Position numbers and translations under genes: made by a program. Source: Phoronis australis (taxonomy: Eukaryota > Animalia > Phoronida). Taken from it: 64,000 nucleotides of DNA. Under the pieces are notes generated by a model. It was not told the DNA's origin. It did no database searches and worked only from the letters and a program-made list of their open reading frames with translations. Positions 25,101-38,000 of this stretch are shown in pieces. Within the stretch, counting starts at the first letter, position 1. Each line of letters starts with the position of its first letter. The stretch lies in the NCBI GenBank assembly GCA_002633005.1, contig NMRA01000092.1, positions 260,191 through 324,190 of the forward strand, read 5' to 3'.

Positions 25101-28100
25101 TGTCGCTAACCCGTGTGCGTACCATTTCCATGTGAAAGCAGTCTCATTGTTATGAAAAAGTAATCCATACCATCCAGCCATCAGGTCCAGTCACCAATAG
25201 TTCCTTGTTGTTATCACGCATGAAGCAGACGACACTGTAAACTTTACCACAGCATACAGATGCATCCACAATGACCCTGTAGTGACCTAAAAAGAAAACA
25301 TGCCATGCATGCGAAACCACAGTTGTGACTAGATTCACAATACTTGTAGTAAACTGCTCCATTCTTATTTGACTTCATTTTCAACTTGGCAATTTTTGAT
25401 CCACCAACATATTATGTTAATTTTTCCATACAATGATTTTCAAAAATATCCAGCTGTTCTGACGTTAACTGAACGCTAATTTACTTGATATTATAACCAA
25501 AATGTTCAACTACGAAGAAAGTTTAGACTAATTGGATTTCAGTTGAAAAACGCAACATAGGGTCAGTGAAAAAATCAAGAAAAACACAAGACCACTTACA
25601 ACAGTCAAGCAGGACTAATCTGCCTTCAATGTTGCCATACACAATGACTTGACCATCAGCCCAGGTGCCAATCACACTGTAGGACTGGAACGATGGATGG
25701 GAAAAGATGTGGCGCCACCTATTGCTGATGCAGTTGTACTCAAGAAGAGACCTGAAATTAGAGGAATAGTGCGAGTAACAAACACTACAATTATGACTTA
25801 ATTACTTTATTCACATAATTATTTTCTAGTATTGCAAAGATTCGGCGACTTGTCACCAACAAAGTCGCTAAAGAAAAACATCGAATCCAAGCCGATTCCA
25901 AGACCGTAAAATCGATTCCTAGGCTAAAATTGATTTTGTGATCTTGCTAAAAATTTGAAAACTCAGATAAATAATGTAGAAAATAAATCTGAAACTAAAT
26001 AAGGCGATCCAGATCCTCTCAAGGATACTATTGTTTCACGAAATGTAGAATATATATAGGTAAATAAACCACTATCATATAGTGTTTGATTTTACTTTTA
26101 ATTATTTCTGTTTCTTTGACAAAGGATGTTATTATATCCAAAAAATTCAGTTGATCCATTATTGATGTTTTTTTTATCTATATATAAAACTCACATAAAA
26201 TGAAGCACATAAATTCATCTAGAACAGTACTGCTAACATTTTGAAAAGCCACACAAACAGGGCGAAGTCACATCGCCCGCATTTAATTCTCTGTCTGGTA
26301 TCAAAGAGCAGTGCCATTCGATGTTTGTTAAAGAAACAGAACATCAATGTTTTGATCTAGTCTCATTGTTTATCGTAGCAAACAGCAATGTCACTCAAAA
26401 CCGGTTCAGAATCAAGCCTTGAATCAGGAACCGTTTCCGAATAATGAATTGTGATATAGTTTCCAATACCAATCACTACATAGTCCAAAAGATTCTCAAT
26501 GTTAATGCTTGAACCACACGGGCATGCCCATGAATTCAGTTTTTCTTTGTAGAGCAGACCATCATTAATGAATGTAGCGTGCACAGTCCTCAAAACAAAC
26601 TAGACAACTTCAAAATATACTGAGTGCAATTTCTTTTCAGTAAACAAACTTTGGACAGCAGACCATCATCAATGGCTGCATATTATGTAGTCTTTCAACA
26701 TAAACTGGACAGCCTCAAAATTCACCGAAGTTTTCACCAACAAACGACAACTGAGAATTAATTTCTTTTCGGTTAGAATCCGTTTCAATTCTGGCTGCAT
26801 CTCAACAAGTGTTACTACACGCTTTCTGTTGATATTCCAACAAACCACCTTGCAAGTCCTTTCCCAAATAACCAAGTAACAGCTAAGCACAATTAAGTCT
26901 CATTCAGGCCGACTAATTTACGAGAAAAAACATAATTTATTGCGAAGGAAACTCAACTAAACTGTCAGCTAATTGTGGGCTCGGGGTCAAATCTCTGTAC
27001 CTGAAATTCAACTAAAAAAAATTTGACCAATTGCATGCAACACCTCGAGAAAACTTGCAAATTTGTACTTGAAACATGCAGTGTGATTGGACAACGTCTA
27101 AGTCGAGTCTAAGTCTGGAGATTAGACCCCAGGCCCTACTTTTTCCAAGATTGGCAGAATCTGACAGAGCCTATTCAGTTAGACTCCGTTAACTTGCCCA
27201 GTAAGCCTTCTAGATTTTTTCCATTTAACCTCTGGGAAAAGCCACTGCCAAAAATTTCATTTCGCTATCCTTACCCATGAGAAGTCGATACCAATATATG
27301 CTCTGTGTCTCTAACTTTTATAACTTTTGCAAAATTGCCTTCACCCACCTGTAAAATGGAGAACTCTGTGAATGTCTTGACAAGACGTATTGAAGCTAAA
27401 CTCTAAATAAGCACAGATAAAACCTACAAATACGGTGTTGGCAACGCATGTACAACACTGCAGGGTCCGTCACATTCACTGTAATAACTTGGACAAATTT
27501 ATACTTTGCTACACACAATAAACAATGTTTTTGGTTGTCAAGTACAAGCATTCCTTAACTTTCCTATGATAATACCTTTTCTTAAAGAGAGATATCGCAG
27601 ATATTCCTGAAGAGATGCTACTGGTTTGCTGAGAAATATCACAAGTTATAGAAATTCGATGGACTGAATTTCAATCCGATACATGTAGCAGAAATTCGAT
27701 GGACTGAATTTCATGATGTGGGGTCACATATCACGTTAGTAAATGAAGAAGTAAAATAAATTAATCAACATGCATTGTAATTCCAGAAGTGGATAGCTGG
27801 ATTATTTTGCAAAATTTCTTACATGAAGCCAAAAAACAGCCACTGCACAGCAACTGTGAAGAATGTGTTGCAGTATTCAAATCATACCAATTCTGAAGGC
27901 AAACGCAGCAGTAAGTTGCCAGTACCATTGGGCAAATCGAGTCCATCCAGTTTCCACGAGCGTATACTACAGTCACCGCCCCCTGTTGTTACTAACTGTT
28001 CGTCTGGATGTACAGCAATGCTCCATATGCTCTTTCCCTGCAAAGCAAGCAATTTTATGTTGCAGTACATTGATGTCTACCTGCAAATGTGGCAAATGTC

Positions 28101-31100
28101 TAAAATAATTTCAAAAATACATCAACAGCTACGTATTTCAAATCAGAACTAATGTTGTTATCCCCTATATCCTTTCCTGTGCCTAACTCCTACCTTATGA
28201 CCTTTGAACTTTGCCTTGACCACACCATCATAGGTCCAAACACAGCATGTAACGTCTTCACCAACAGTCACTAGGTAGCGCTGAAGTAGGCATACTCTCC
28301 ACACTCTTGACAAGTGACCATAGAGTTCGTGTTCAAGAACAAATTCTGCTTTCTCCCAATGAGATACTGGTATCATGTGACCATTGTATGACCCAGGGAA
28401 GTGTACGCTGTATACGCGTACACTGCGATCATCCGAAACTGAGGCAAATTTACATATGTCTGCTCGAAAATCCATGTCGAAAATAACTCCCTGTCAAAAA
28501 ATACAAAGTATGTTACACAAAACAAATAAAAAAAATGAAAATTACTACAGTGCAGCAGCAACAGAAACAAATACACAGCAGCATGGCACTGTAAGACTGC
28601 AAAAGAGTAATAGGATTAAATTTCTAGTGTGCAGATCAGCAGCCGCGGTGCATAGAGATCAAAGGAAGAACAAATCAATTGATCTGTTGCATTTTGCACG
28701 TTATAGAGCCAATATAATGGTACCACTAGAGACATACATTACAGTGAATACAATGTTAACAAACCATTACCTTGTGTCCTCGTAACCTATTGAAGCTCTT
28801 CTGTCGGCCATCTTGCATGCTCTCCACTGACGGAGACCAGAACACTACTTGACTGAAGACAGTTCCAGCTGCCAACACCAGCGTACTCCATGTTTGTCCA
28901 ATGAAATGGGCTGAGTAGAGAATACACTGAACCTCGCAATCGACGCTATGTAATACGATGTCAGACATCCAATTCCAGTGTACTATCGAGTTGTGTCCCA
29001 GTGCTAAAGCTATGGTTGAGTCTGGTGCCAAGAACTGGGCTGACCAAATCCAATCAGTGAACTCTCGATTGGAGCTATAAACAAAATTAAGGAGCGACAA
29101 GTAATTTAACAATGAAATAAATGATATCAAACAGTATATTTAACATGTAGTTGTCATAGCCAACACAATGAACATTTAAGAATACCATAATGATAAACCC
29201 GAAATGCACAGTATAAAATGCAGCTATCAATTTAAAACAAAAGCCTATTATAGCGTTACAATTGTAGACTACTATTACATTATTATGTAGCAAGTGGCGG
29301 CAACACCACAGAGTCAGTGCAGTTGTATATTATGGATTTTGACCAAGAACTATGTCAGCCATGACGGGCAAACAAACAGTGAACTTCAGATTCTTCCACA
29401 AGTCAATGTAAACATGGCTAAGCAGGGGTCCAGTGGCCGGTTGCATAAAACAGTCCCAAATAGAGGCTCAACTTAGTTGTCTAAATCTACTGCAACACCG
29501 ATTGTCCTTTCTATGCTGTTTTAGTATCATTACTAAGTCAACTTTTGGCTTTGATACAAATCGAGAGTGAACTCCATGTTGAATTCGTAATATAATCGAA
29601 AATGTATCGGGATCTTTTCATGCAACGCTCCTAACTTAAGGACTATGCCCCTATTTATTTTCATTGAATTCAGGGCTCAGTTTTAGTTTCATAATTAGAA
29701 AATGTCAATGGTCAAAGAGGAGCTCATAATAAAGATGAAATGATAGAAAAAGATTAAATCTGTGAGTAAACAAAGACACATTAAACAGTCAAAAGATTCA
29801 GGAAACTTAGTCGAGTCCCTATTTGAGACTGTTTCATGCAACCTGGCACTGATGTCTGCAGAAATGATTCCACAAATACCAGGTTTTGATCATGTTGAGC
29901 GCACTTTGTGCTTAAAAACAAAAGTCTTCAAAGTTACCCTTAAAAAATCTACGTATGCGCAAATCCCCAAAATGTGTCAAAAATGCCCTGTAGGCAGAAG
30001 AATCTACCTCGAAAAAGAGGGTGGAAATTAGCAGACCTGACACCCGCAATAGGGGGCCTCTCAGCAATTTTTGGTATGTGCCTGTGGGCACCTTGTCAAT
30101 ATGAGTGACCCCAGAGACTCTCACCAAATTCGGACAAAAATAAATGCCAAACCTTCCCTTTTTTGCCAGCTGTTCTAAAATTGTTCCAAATGTCCAAAAA
30201 TTTTCAGGTGGTAGCTAATACATAAAACTAGAACAAGGTAAACCCTTTAAAGTGGCACTCCATAATCTTTTATGAGAAAACAAAATGCTACTTATCCGCC
30301 ATATTGCAACCTAAATTGGTGATTCATTACTGTACATACATACTGCAAGCCTATACGCCACAATTACCATTCAACCAAAGTGTGGCCCTCCATTGTGAAT
30401 GTCTTAGCAGACTTTTCACCGTAAATGCAAACCTTGCTTGGGTCACTAGAGCCTAAAAACATAAAAACGGTTCAATTTTTATAACACCACAATGATTGCA
30501 ACTCGCTATACAACAGTGAAGTGGAACCAGTGCCTGACAGAAGCTTGGCATAGTAGGTAAATACCTCAAACTCAAAGAAGTGGCCATTGGCCGCATGTTG
30601 CTGCACAGCTCTAATTCTTTGTTTGACATTAACATAATTTCAGCTGCTTATCTATTACACGCTGTGAGATCCCTAAATTTTACATAAAAATCATGGACTT
30701 AAGACAAACTTATCAATCACAGCCATCAATTATTTAAAAAGCATTTCTTGTGATGGAATGTCCCCTCACAGATAAGTCATGGTTAAAACTGAAGACATTC
30801 AGTAATTTTGTGAACACGAAAATTAAACATTCTCCAACATAGAGCAATTCAGATTGTATCTCCAGGTTTTCATTAACTGTTAGCTTTAGAACTTCAAAAA
30901 CATACAAAATGTTTGAGCTGAACAAATTACCTGTACAAAGAAAATTCGAAACAAACGTTTCATTACATCAGTTGCCACACATCTCAAAAATGGCACATGT
31001 ATCGAGATTGAAACTTACATGTAAGAATTCCATGAATGTTCTGATGGGAGAGTGCTTTCATAGAAAACACTTCATTGTCTGTGTTGACACTGTAGATACG

Positions 31101-32665
31101 AACAAATGGACCAGAACCTGAATAAGAAAAAACATTGATGATTACTTGACTGATCAATATAAACTTAGCTTCAACACATCAGAATACGTTATACATAGGA
31201 CTTACAAGATTCACTTATTTCTAATTTTCAATGACTGCATATAACAGGAACTTCATCAAATATTGTTTGATGACATCTAGACTGTCCAGTCCTAGCTAAT
31301 AATAGACTAAAATTTTCTTAATTTTGATTTTTTGTTGAGAAGCATGATAAAATAAAATTTCTCTTGTCTGTCACACTATTTGCCAAATAGGCCAAGAATA
31401 ACCATAGTGTTGACTGATAACATAAAAACTTTCAGATTTGCTACTTAACTGATATTCTTTGGCCGACAATGCATGTTCAAAGCGTTATTGAAAATTTTGC
31501 TAAATATTTTACATTTAGTGTGCTTAAATTGAGAAATTCAAAACTTAGGCGGTGGGCGTGAAGCTGGCCATTGGCATTTAAGTTGGTGACTTCCACGATT
31601 TACCCAAATGGTTGATTTCCTCAAGTAAATGTCTTCACTATTTTTGCACACAAGTACAATAATATTAGAACGTGCATGAGCTAAAAGCACAATTTCACAT
31701 CTTTTTCGGTAAAAAAGTGCTAGCCACTGAAATTTACTGTTTGTTATCCAAAGTTAAAAGAGTTGTGTATGTTTTGGTGGCTAAAAGTCTAGTGAAACAG
31801 GCATTCATAAAGATATTCTGGCATCCTTAAGGATGTCTCGGCCCTATACGTTAGGGGAAATGCTGTAGTGGTTCGTAGGTACACGTAGGCACAGCCAACC
31901 ACCTTTTGGACTTTAAACGTAGCACCTATGCACGTAGCACTTACGTTATGGTGCGAATTCAGTGCCCCTTTTAACGATCAGTGCTAAAGGTGATACGGTG
32001 GGCATTGGGTGCCTACTTACCTCTAAGTTTACCACTACAGCACTGATTGGGGGTGTGTGCTAAGCCAGTCTTGGGTGTTTTTAAAACGGGGCAATTAGAA
32101 AATTTCAAGGGTGGATAACAAGCAGAACATGGGCAAACTCAAACAAGATCGGAATAACGACAAATGTTTGTCACAGACAGAATACAAATAGTAAAAAGAG
32201 GATTTATAGATGCAAAGAGCATTCAAAGATCAGTGCATTTACATTTTAAAGGGCAAGACAAATTTTGTGAAACTGAAACAGGAGAAAAGCTCTGGAGGTC
32301 CCACTACATGGATGTTAGAGGACTGTTTTGCTGTATGAACTATGACTTTTTGTTAGTACTGTCCAACTGCAAACAAATTTCCTGGGACTTTCCTAAAATA
32401 TTTGTCAACCGAATCAACTTTACTATACACCAATACTGTGATTGGGTTGGAATTTGTGGAATTACAATACTAGAAGCGCGAGTGAACATCATAAAACAGG
32501 CATGTTGTAACTGGGTTTGATTACACGTGTAAACTTCAAGCTATGTGTTTAAGAGCAATGCATTGCCTACAGAAATCCATGAAAACACTTTCCAGCTAAC
32601 AAATAGTCTCCAGCATAACCCAGGGCTGTCACTGGAGCCTTCAGAAGTTCACAGTTGACAATCAT
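16191..32665 (-). CDS. WDR6: WD repeat protein 6 (Trm734 homolog, regulator of tRNA position-34 2'-O-methylation); 18 coding exons, 3168 nt, about 1055 aa
   Basis: Exons: 32665-32593, 31117-31019, 30452-30368, 29074-28771, 28490-28194, 28037-27888, 27348-27275, 25751-25600, 25286-25171, 24596-24390, 23650-23492, 23290-23216, 22468-22289, 21248-20692, 20177-19909, 18076-17945, 17339-17177, 16266-16191. All phases are compatible. Family motifs include PVTAL...LLAGSGP, DWIW, CILYSA, AAGTVF, SVSDDRSVR, GHLSRVW, TGGGDCSIR, CGDRGG, HGKAGVT, CGGGHRSW, LHGRE, SAGGRAQL, ACSDG, HQSGVN, SGGDDNAL and SIDQR. Confidence 0.93.
18077..18500. repeat. 30-bp minisatellite (~14 units, CAGCAACAACACATCAACATCWGTGATACA) at the WDR6 exon 16 acceptor
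   Basis: Visible tandem array with an N at 18228. Only about 2 units occur in copy A (14809-14870). Confidence 0.95.
18958..19405. mobile_element. MITE, same family as 15208-15650
   Basis: ctgtggccggttgcatgaaacagtccc...gggactgtatcatgccaccgggcactgg. Confidence 0.75.
21471..21575. repeat. ~105-bp imperfect palindrome (mini-MITE or hairpin) in a WDR6 intron
   Basis: ttattacatg..agtcgttatc..tctagagccctcg [15-nt loop] cgagggctctaga..gataacgact..catgtaataa. Confidence 0.8.
22030..22105 (+). mobile_element. tRNA-derived SINE-like head
   Basis: A-box-like gagtggtaaag and B-box ggttcgaaacc, with no clean cloverleaf. Confidence 0.4.
25828..26440. mobile_element. Old interspersed DNA element with a TAGTRTTGCAA end; related copy at about 61600-61930 in the opposite orientation
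   Basis: tagtattgcaaagattcggcgacttgtcaccaacaaagtcgctaaagaaa resembles the reverse complement of 61855-61930. Confidence 0.5.
29430..29851. mobile_element. MITE, same family as 15208-15650, in the opposite orientation
   Basis: cagtggccggttgcataaaacagtccc...gagactgtttcatgcaacctggcactg. Confidence 0.75.
31860..32045. mobile_element. Small degenerate inverted-repeat element (MITE-like)
   Basis: tgctgtagtggt...gtaggcac pairs with gtgcctac...accactacagca. Confidence 0.45.
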
Positions 32666-34126
32666 GGTCAGTAGATAGCCTGAAACAAAAATAAGGAGGA
32701 TGACTAGACAATACACTTCACTGTCAAGAGTAAAGAATAAATAATACAACCTTAATCACTTATTTACCAAAATGTTTTACTGAGATATGATTGCTAGTGC
32801 AAAATACGCCCTGAATTACTTAATGAGGGATTTCACTGTACTGCTTAGCTGTAAATGTCAACTTCTAAACCAAAATGCTCTGGGTTTAAAAACATTAAAC
32901 ATACTTATCCAATTCTAAAATTGCTGCCCAAATAGCCAGCAGCTCAAGTCACATGCAACATGCACTACTTATGAATTAGGCAATTTTAGGGTTGGCCAAT
33001 CCCAGTAAACTCGTAAATGATTGATGGCTTTGATGTTATTATTCGTAATGGAAATCAAGTCCTCTCAAGGTATGGGATATTTTTGAAAATGATTTAATGA
33101 ATTAAACATGTGCTTTCTGTCAAAACCCCAGGATATGAAAGGTCTCACATTGTTCCTCAGTCAAAATAGAAGTGATTTGTGGACTGACAGTTCTTTAATA
33201 ATCCGGAAATTTTATTAGCTTGGCCTAGAGAAATAATGAACATCACTTCTAAACTGAGAAAGGAACAACACGGCAACAACATGATAATGATGAGTGTCCT
33301 GAATCAAAAATTCTTGACAAAAAGCACAATCATGTTCAACATTGGTTTAAGTGGTTTTTTCATTTTTTCTACTTTTGGCAGCAAAATATGGAGGAAATGC
33401 AACATTAAGCGACGGGTAATTTTGTGAAAAAATGAGATAATTATGGTCAAATTAAAAAAAAATGAGTTAAATTCATGAAAGTTGGCACATAACTTTTTGG
33501 GTCAGATGAGCTGTAATTTGCATATTTAAGACATAATACGAAAGAGAGATAATAGCAGTTTAGGCAGCATATTTTTGTCAAACATATTATTCACAGATAG
33601 TTGTTTCCATCCATATTGTTTGAAGTACATATTGTTTTACCAATCAAAAAGTAAACCAGTTTAGCTGCTACGTACAGGTCCCAGATCAGTCAACTGTATG
33701 CCTGCCTTCTCCTTCTTCTTGGTTTAAATGGCCACAATCTCTCCAGAGTATTACGTCACTGTATAACAATGAAGATCAACAAAAACGAGAACAACTATAA
33801 CAGGTTTAAAAGGATATACATACATAGTTGACGTCACTTCAGAGGTCGGTTAACATAGCAAGATCATTAACAGATAAGACAGTCAGTAAGCGGATGCCCC
33901 AAATGGAGCCACACCACTGATGACTAAGATTAGACTAAGATACTTCAAAGAGCCAGATAGCTTGCTGAGAAAGATATCAAGAGAAGGGATTTCGCCATTC
34001 AGTCAATGATTAGATATTGGCTCAGTAACCGAGTCTGTCTGAGCAATGTTCCTGATTAAGATGCAAGGCAATGTATCCACAGAGTTGAGAGACCACCTCG
34101 AGTCAAGACTCAAGAGACAGAGTGAT

Positions 34127-34182
34127 ACCACAGGCACCTTTGATCAGTCCTCAACTATACACTACTTAAAGGTGCCTGTGGT
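34127..34182. repeat. Perfect 15-bp inverted repeat upstream of the WDR6 start codon
   Basis: accacaggcaccttt [26 nt] aaaggtgcctgtggt. Confidence 0.8.
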
Positions 34183-34379
34183 GAGACTGAGAGCGTAGTT
34201 AGCAGACATTTTGCGTTTCTGAGGTAACAAGAACCTCGATTTAAATTTCCCACCTGAATCAAACAAGATATTGGTTAGAACGATCGATTAAGATAGGTGA
34301 CCTTTCTAAAACAGCATTAGTCGGTATTCGTTGTGCTCGGTTACTGCAGTAACCAGCCAGGTTGCTGGAAATAAGTGCT

Positions 34380-34480
34380 AACAAATTTCACGGTGTTTTC
34401 GCTGGAAGTCGCCATTATTGGAACAGCGCTACCTATTGTCTTTTCTGTTAATGTGGCGCGCCATCTCCCGGAGGTTACTT
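34380..34480 (-). promoter_or_regulatory. Putative WDR6 promoter or non-coding first exon
   Basis: Locally CpG-rich, with YY1-like aatAATGGCGAC and gATGGCGC on the minus strand. The first coding exon has an acceptor (tttcag at 32680) upstream of its ATG, so a 5' UTR exon is expected. Confidence 0.35.
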
Positions 34481-34903
34481 TCGATCGAGTACAGTAAATG
34501 TTATACTTCAACTTGGAATCATGAGTGAACTTGGAATAAATTTCTATTCCAAGTTCACGCAAGTGATCTTGAGATTAAGCAAGCACTTGCGACATCTGTT
34601 AACTAAAATTTCGTTTGGTGGACATGAATTTGTTTGTCGTGAGTTATTGTTTCTGTTTTAATTATTTTTATTGCCCATTCTGTATGCCGTTTTGGCCGTA
34701 ATTGTTTCCAAAGGTGGTTTGACTGGGATGGTTGGGTTTGTGACTGAGGGGCTGAACTGGTAACCTGGGACCTTTGTAACGAAAATGATTAAGATCATTA
34801 AGAGCCAGGATACAATGAATGTACCGTACCGAGAGGGGTTTTGCATTGAACAGTTTTTCGTGCACCGTTGTAGGCCTACCTGCCACCTCAGTCCTCCCCC
34901 CCC

Positions 34904-35014
34904 NNNNNNNNNNNNNNNNNNNNNNNNNNNNNNNNNNNNNNNNNNNNNNNNNNNNNNNNNNNNNNNNNNNNNNNNNNNNNNNNNNNNNNNNNNNNNNNNN
35001 NNNNNNNNNNNNNN
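34904..35014. other. Assembly gap (N run)
   Basis: Run of Ns after a poly-C tract. Confidence 1.
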
Positions 35015-38000
35015 GAAGAAGTTCAGATAACGCTTGTTGAGTATATTTTTGGCAAATAAATTGGAAATACTCATTTCATTTTTAAACGTGCATATATAGT
35101 TTTTCATTGGTATGCTGTGTGATGTCATCAGGTCTAAATATTGATGACAATCAGACAAAAGTTACAGAACACAACTCTCTGAAGTGCTGTTGACAGGTTT
35201 TGAATGTTCTCATGAGATGATTAGACTTTTGTGGCCTACCATTATTTTTGCCTTCCTCTGCTCAGTACATACCCACATAACAATACGCCAATGTATGTAA
35301 AGACAGACAAAATGGCCCTGTGAAATAATACTGTCCATACCACTTGCTTTGGCACAATAGCTTACAAACCACTGCCCAGCATTCACGGTTTGAAAAGCAA
35401 CCATGTTAGACTGAGTGAGGTAACATATGCATATGCGTCTTTTGCAGGTTGTCGACATCTCTAAATACAGTTGATAACATTTAACAACTGGACTGAAACA
35501 TGGTGGCATACACTAATGTTTGATACAAATGTTCCCATGTGAGTGAGGAGCATACAGAGGTAATGACATATCTAAGTTGTGTTAATGTTGGTTTTTCGTT
35601 ATGCAAGATAGGTGATTTTTTCAGCTTTTTATGCAGTTGTCATTGTCCTTGAAGGTTGTCTTCTATCAGGAACGTGTTTGTTCTATCCGCGCTTTCATTT
35701 ATAGGTTGTATTTAGTTGTCTATATTATAGGCCGGGGGCCCGCTCCCTCCCTTGGCTGCCGCCACCAAAATGAAACAGAAACAGCGTGAAGCGCGAAGAA
35801 AAAGAGAGTTCACTAACTAGGACCGGTAGCGGATGGGGGGGGGGCTCAGATCCCAGATTGCGGTGGAATCGTGTTACCGTTTTTTAGTCCACCGATAAAT
35901 TTTCGGAACAGAAGGTCCGCATCCTCAGCTCCCACAACTTTCGGGCCCCCTGTGCATATACAATCGTGCTTTGCCCAATTCCCTGAGGCAACATGTTGGG
36001 CCGGCCCCTTAATGTTATCCTAGATCCGCAGCTGTATAGTACATAAAATACTTGAATGTGATGGGTGATCTTGTTTGAATCTGCTGACAAATAAATTATC
36101 ATTTTCAAAATGTGGAAACAAAGAATAATTGATTTTCTTATAGATTCAACATTCAATTACTGACAATAAATGTGGATCCTTGTTCACTTTTCAAAACTGG
36201 TATATGTATTTGTCACAGGTATTATGCACGTCAACATGAAAACAATTTTGTCTGTAATGCGTATTTTTGATTGAAGAGTTTTGTATGTAGTATATAATCG
36301 TGTTTGCATAAAAGGAATTTAAACTATTCTATTTTTTAAACAGGTTCCAAGCAGCTTCCTGTCTTCCAGAAAATCACGGATAAGAGGAAGAGTCCTCCTC
36401 AACTGACGCAGCATGTTCAAGCTACTAAATCAGGGCCACACAACTGGTCTCATTCACAGCACAAGTTAGTGAACATCTTTATCGCTTACACAAAATCGGT
36501 GATAACCATTCGTGCTACTGTGCCCTGTCTGTAGGACAACAGATTAGACAAAGTTGGAGGACCCCATTTAATTGCTGTTACAGCATTTGGAGCTGCTTGC
36601 CAATGAATCACCTAAAGTGCAGCATATGTCCCTTTCAGGTCTATGTAACCTAATCTGCCTGATAGATCAGTCTATATTTCTTTTATTAAATGGCTACTGA
36701 TGCTTCTTTAATGCTAAGTTTGATGTACTGACATTGTCTGCTTACTTTGTTGTCAGGGTTTATGATTTTTATGGTATCTGATTGGTCACATTGCTAGTTG
36801 CGTGCATCCTGGTGGCGTAAATGAAAAGTGTTATTCCACAGGGTGGTGGGTCAAAATTATCAAACTGTGTTCCAGACAATCAGAGGACAGAAGAATCAAT
36901 TGTCATGCAATAAAACAACATGAGTAACCCAAAATTTAATGTCAGGACATAAGGTTATGTGGCACCTACTGACAAATATCTACAAACTTTGGAATTTAAC
37001 TTTCTAAAACACTACTTTAATTCATGAAAGTAGAGAGTCTGTATATAATGACTTTATATATCAATCTGCCATTAATTGGGTCCCTTGGCTATATTTTAAT
37101 AAGATTCGGGAAAAGGGAATACATTCATAACAAAACAGTGGAGTCGATAACATGACCAATTTTCTTTTTATATAAATAGTCAAGATGGAATCTGAGAAAT
37201 GCCGATTCTCTTTTTTCAGTAAGTTAACCCTTTTCGTTTTAATCAATGTTTGCGTTTTTCATGAAATTACTGAAAGTCCCTGTTTTAGCTAGCCCTCCCA
37301 TGCCAAAGTAGATCAGTCAAAAGACAACCTCTAAAAGCCTGATGGGTAACAGTGCATAAAGTACAAGATCTGAAAGTTTTTATTAGAATCCTATCAGCCA
37401 TTTGCAAGAAATGTTTTCCGCTTTACCAAGTTTAGACATTTGTCTATGATCTCCCATAACCTTAACCTGATTCTTGAACACTTTTCTTTTACTGCGCAGT
37501 GAATGATGTCGTATAACTGTTGGTCTTCACATACGCTATATGTTGAACACATCAGGTGTTGGCTAACGGGTTAGCAGAAAGTCCTGGGTTCAAACCTTGG
37601 TGGGGACAAAGAGCATTTTAGATGTAACTATGTATCGCCTGATGCCAACAAATTGACAGACTTCAACAGAAGTCTCCAAGACTGCCAAATTTGGATAAAC
37701 TTCTTACCAGAATAATTTGTCAATTTACGTAGTCGAACTTTCGTCAGAGTTGAATGTCGACATTGTGTCTAGTGTGGTGACTGGTCTTCTGCAATAAGTT
37801 GTTTTTGTTGAGATTTAGCTAGAATTGGATTGGATTCTATTGGAAAATATACAAATATTTTATTAGCCTTGTCAAATTACGACATTGTGTAGTTTAGTTT
37901 GAGAAATACTGTATGCCAGCCTTTGTACTTTTACAGAATATGTTTTATGTTGTATTATAATTTGGTGGTATGTTGGACACTCTCACACTCTCACGAGCTT

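Noticed and set aside
27649-27713. 24-bp direct repeat agaaattcgatggactgaatttca, two copies
   Set aside because: Local intronic duplication with only two copies.
36340-36470. Exon-like segment on the plus strand (acag|gttcc...caa|gttagt)
   Set aside because: No recognisable protein and no partner exons; could be a lncRNA but unsupported.
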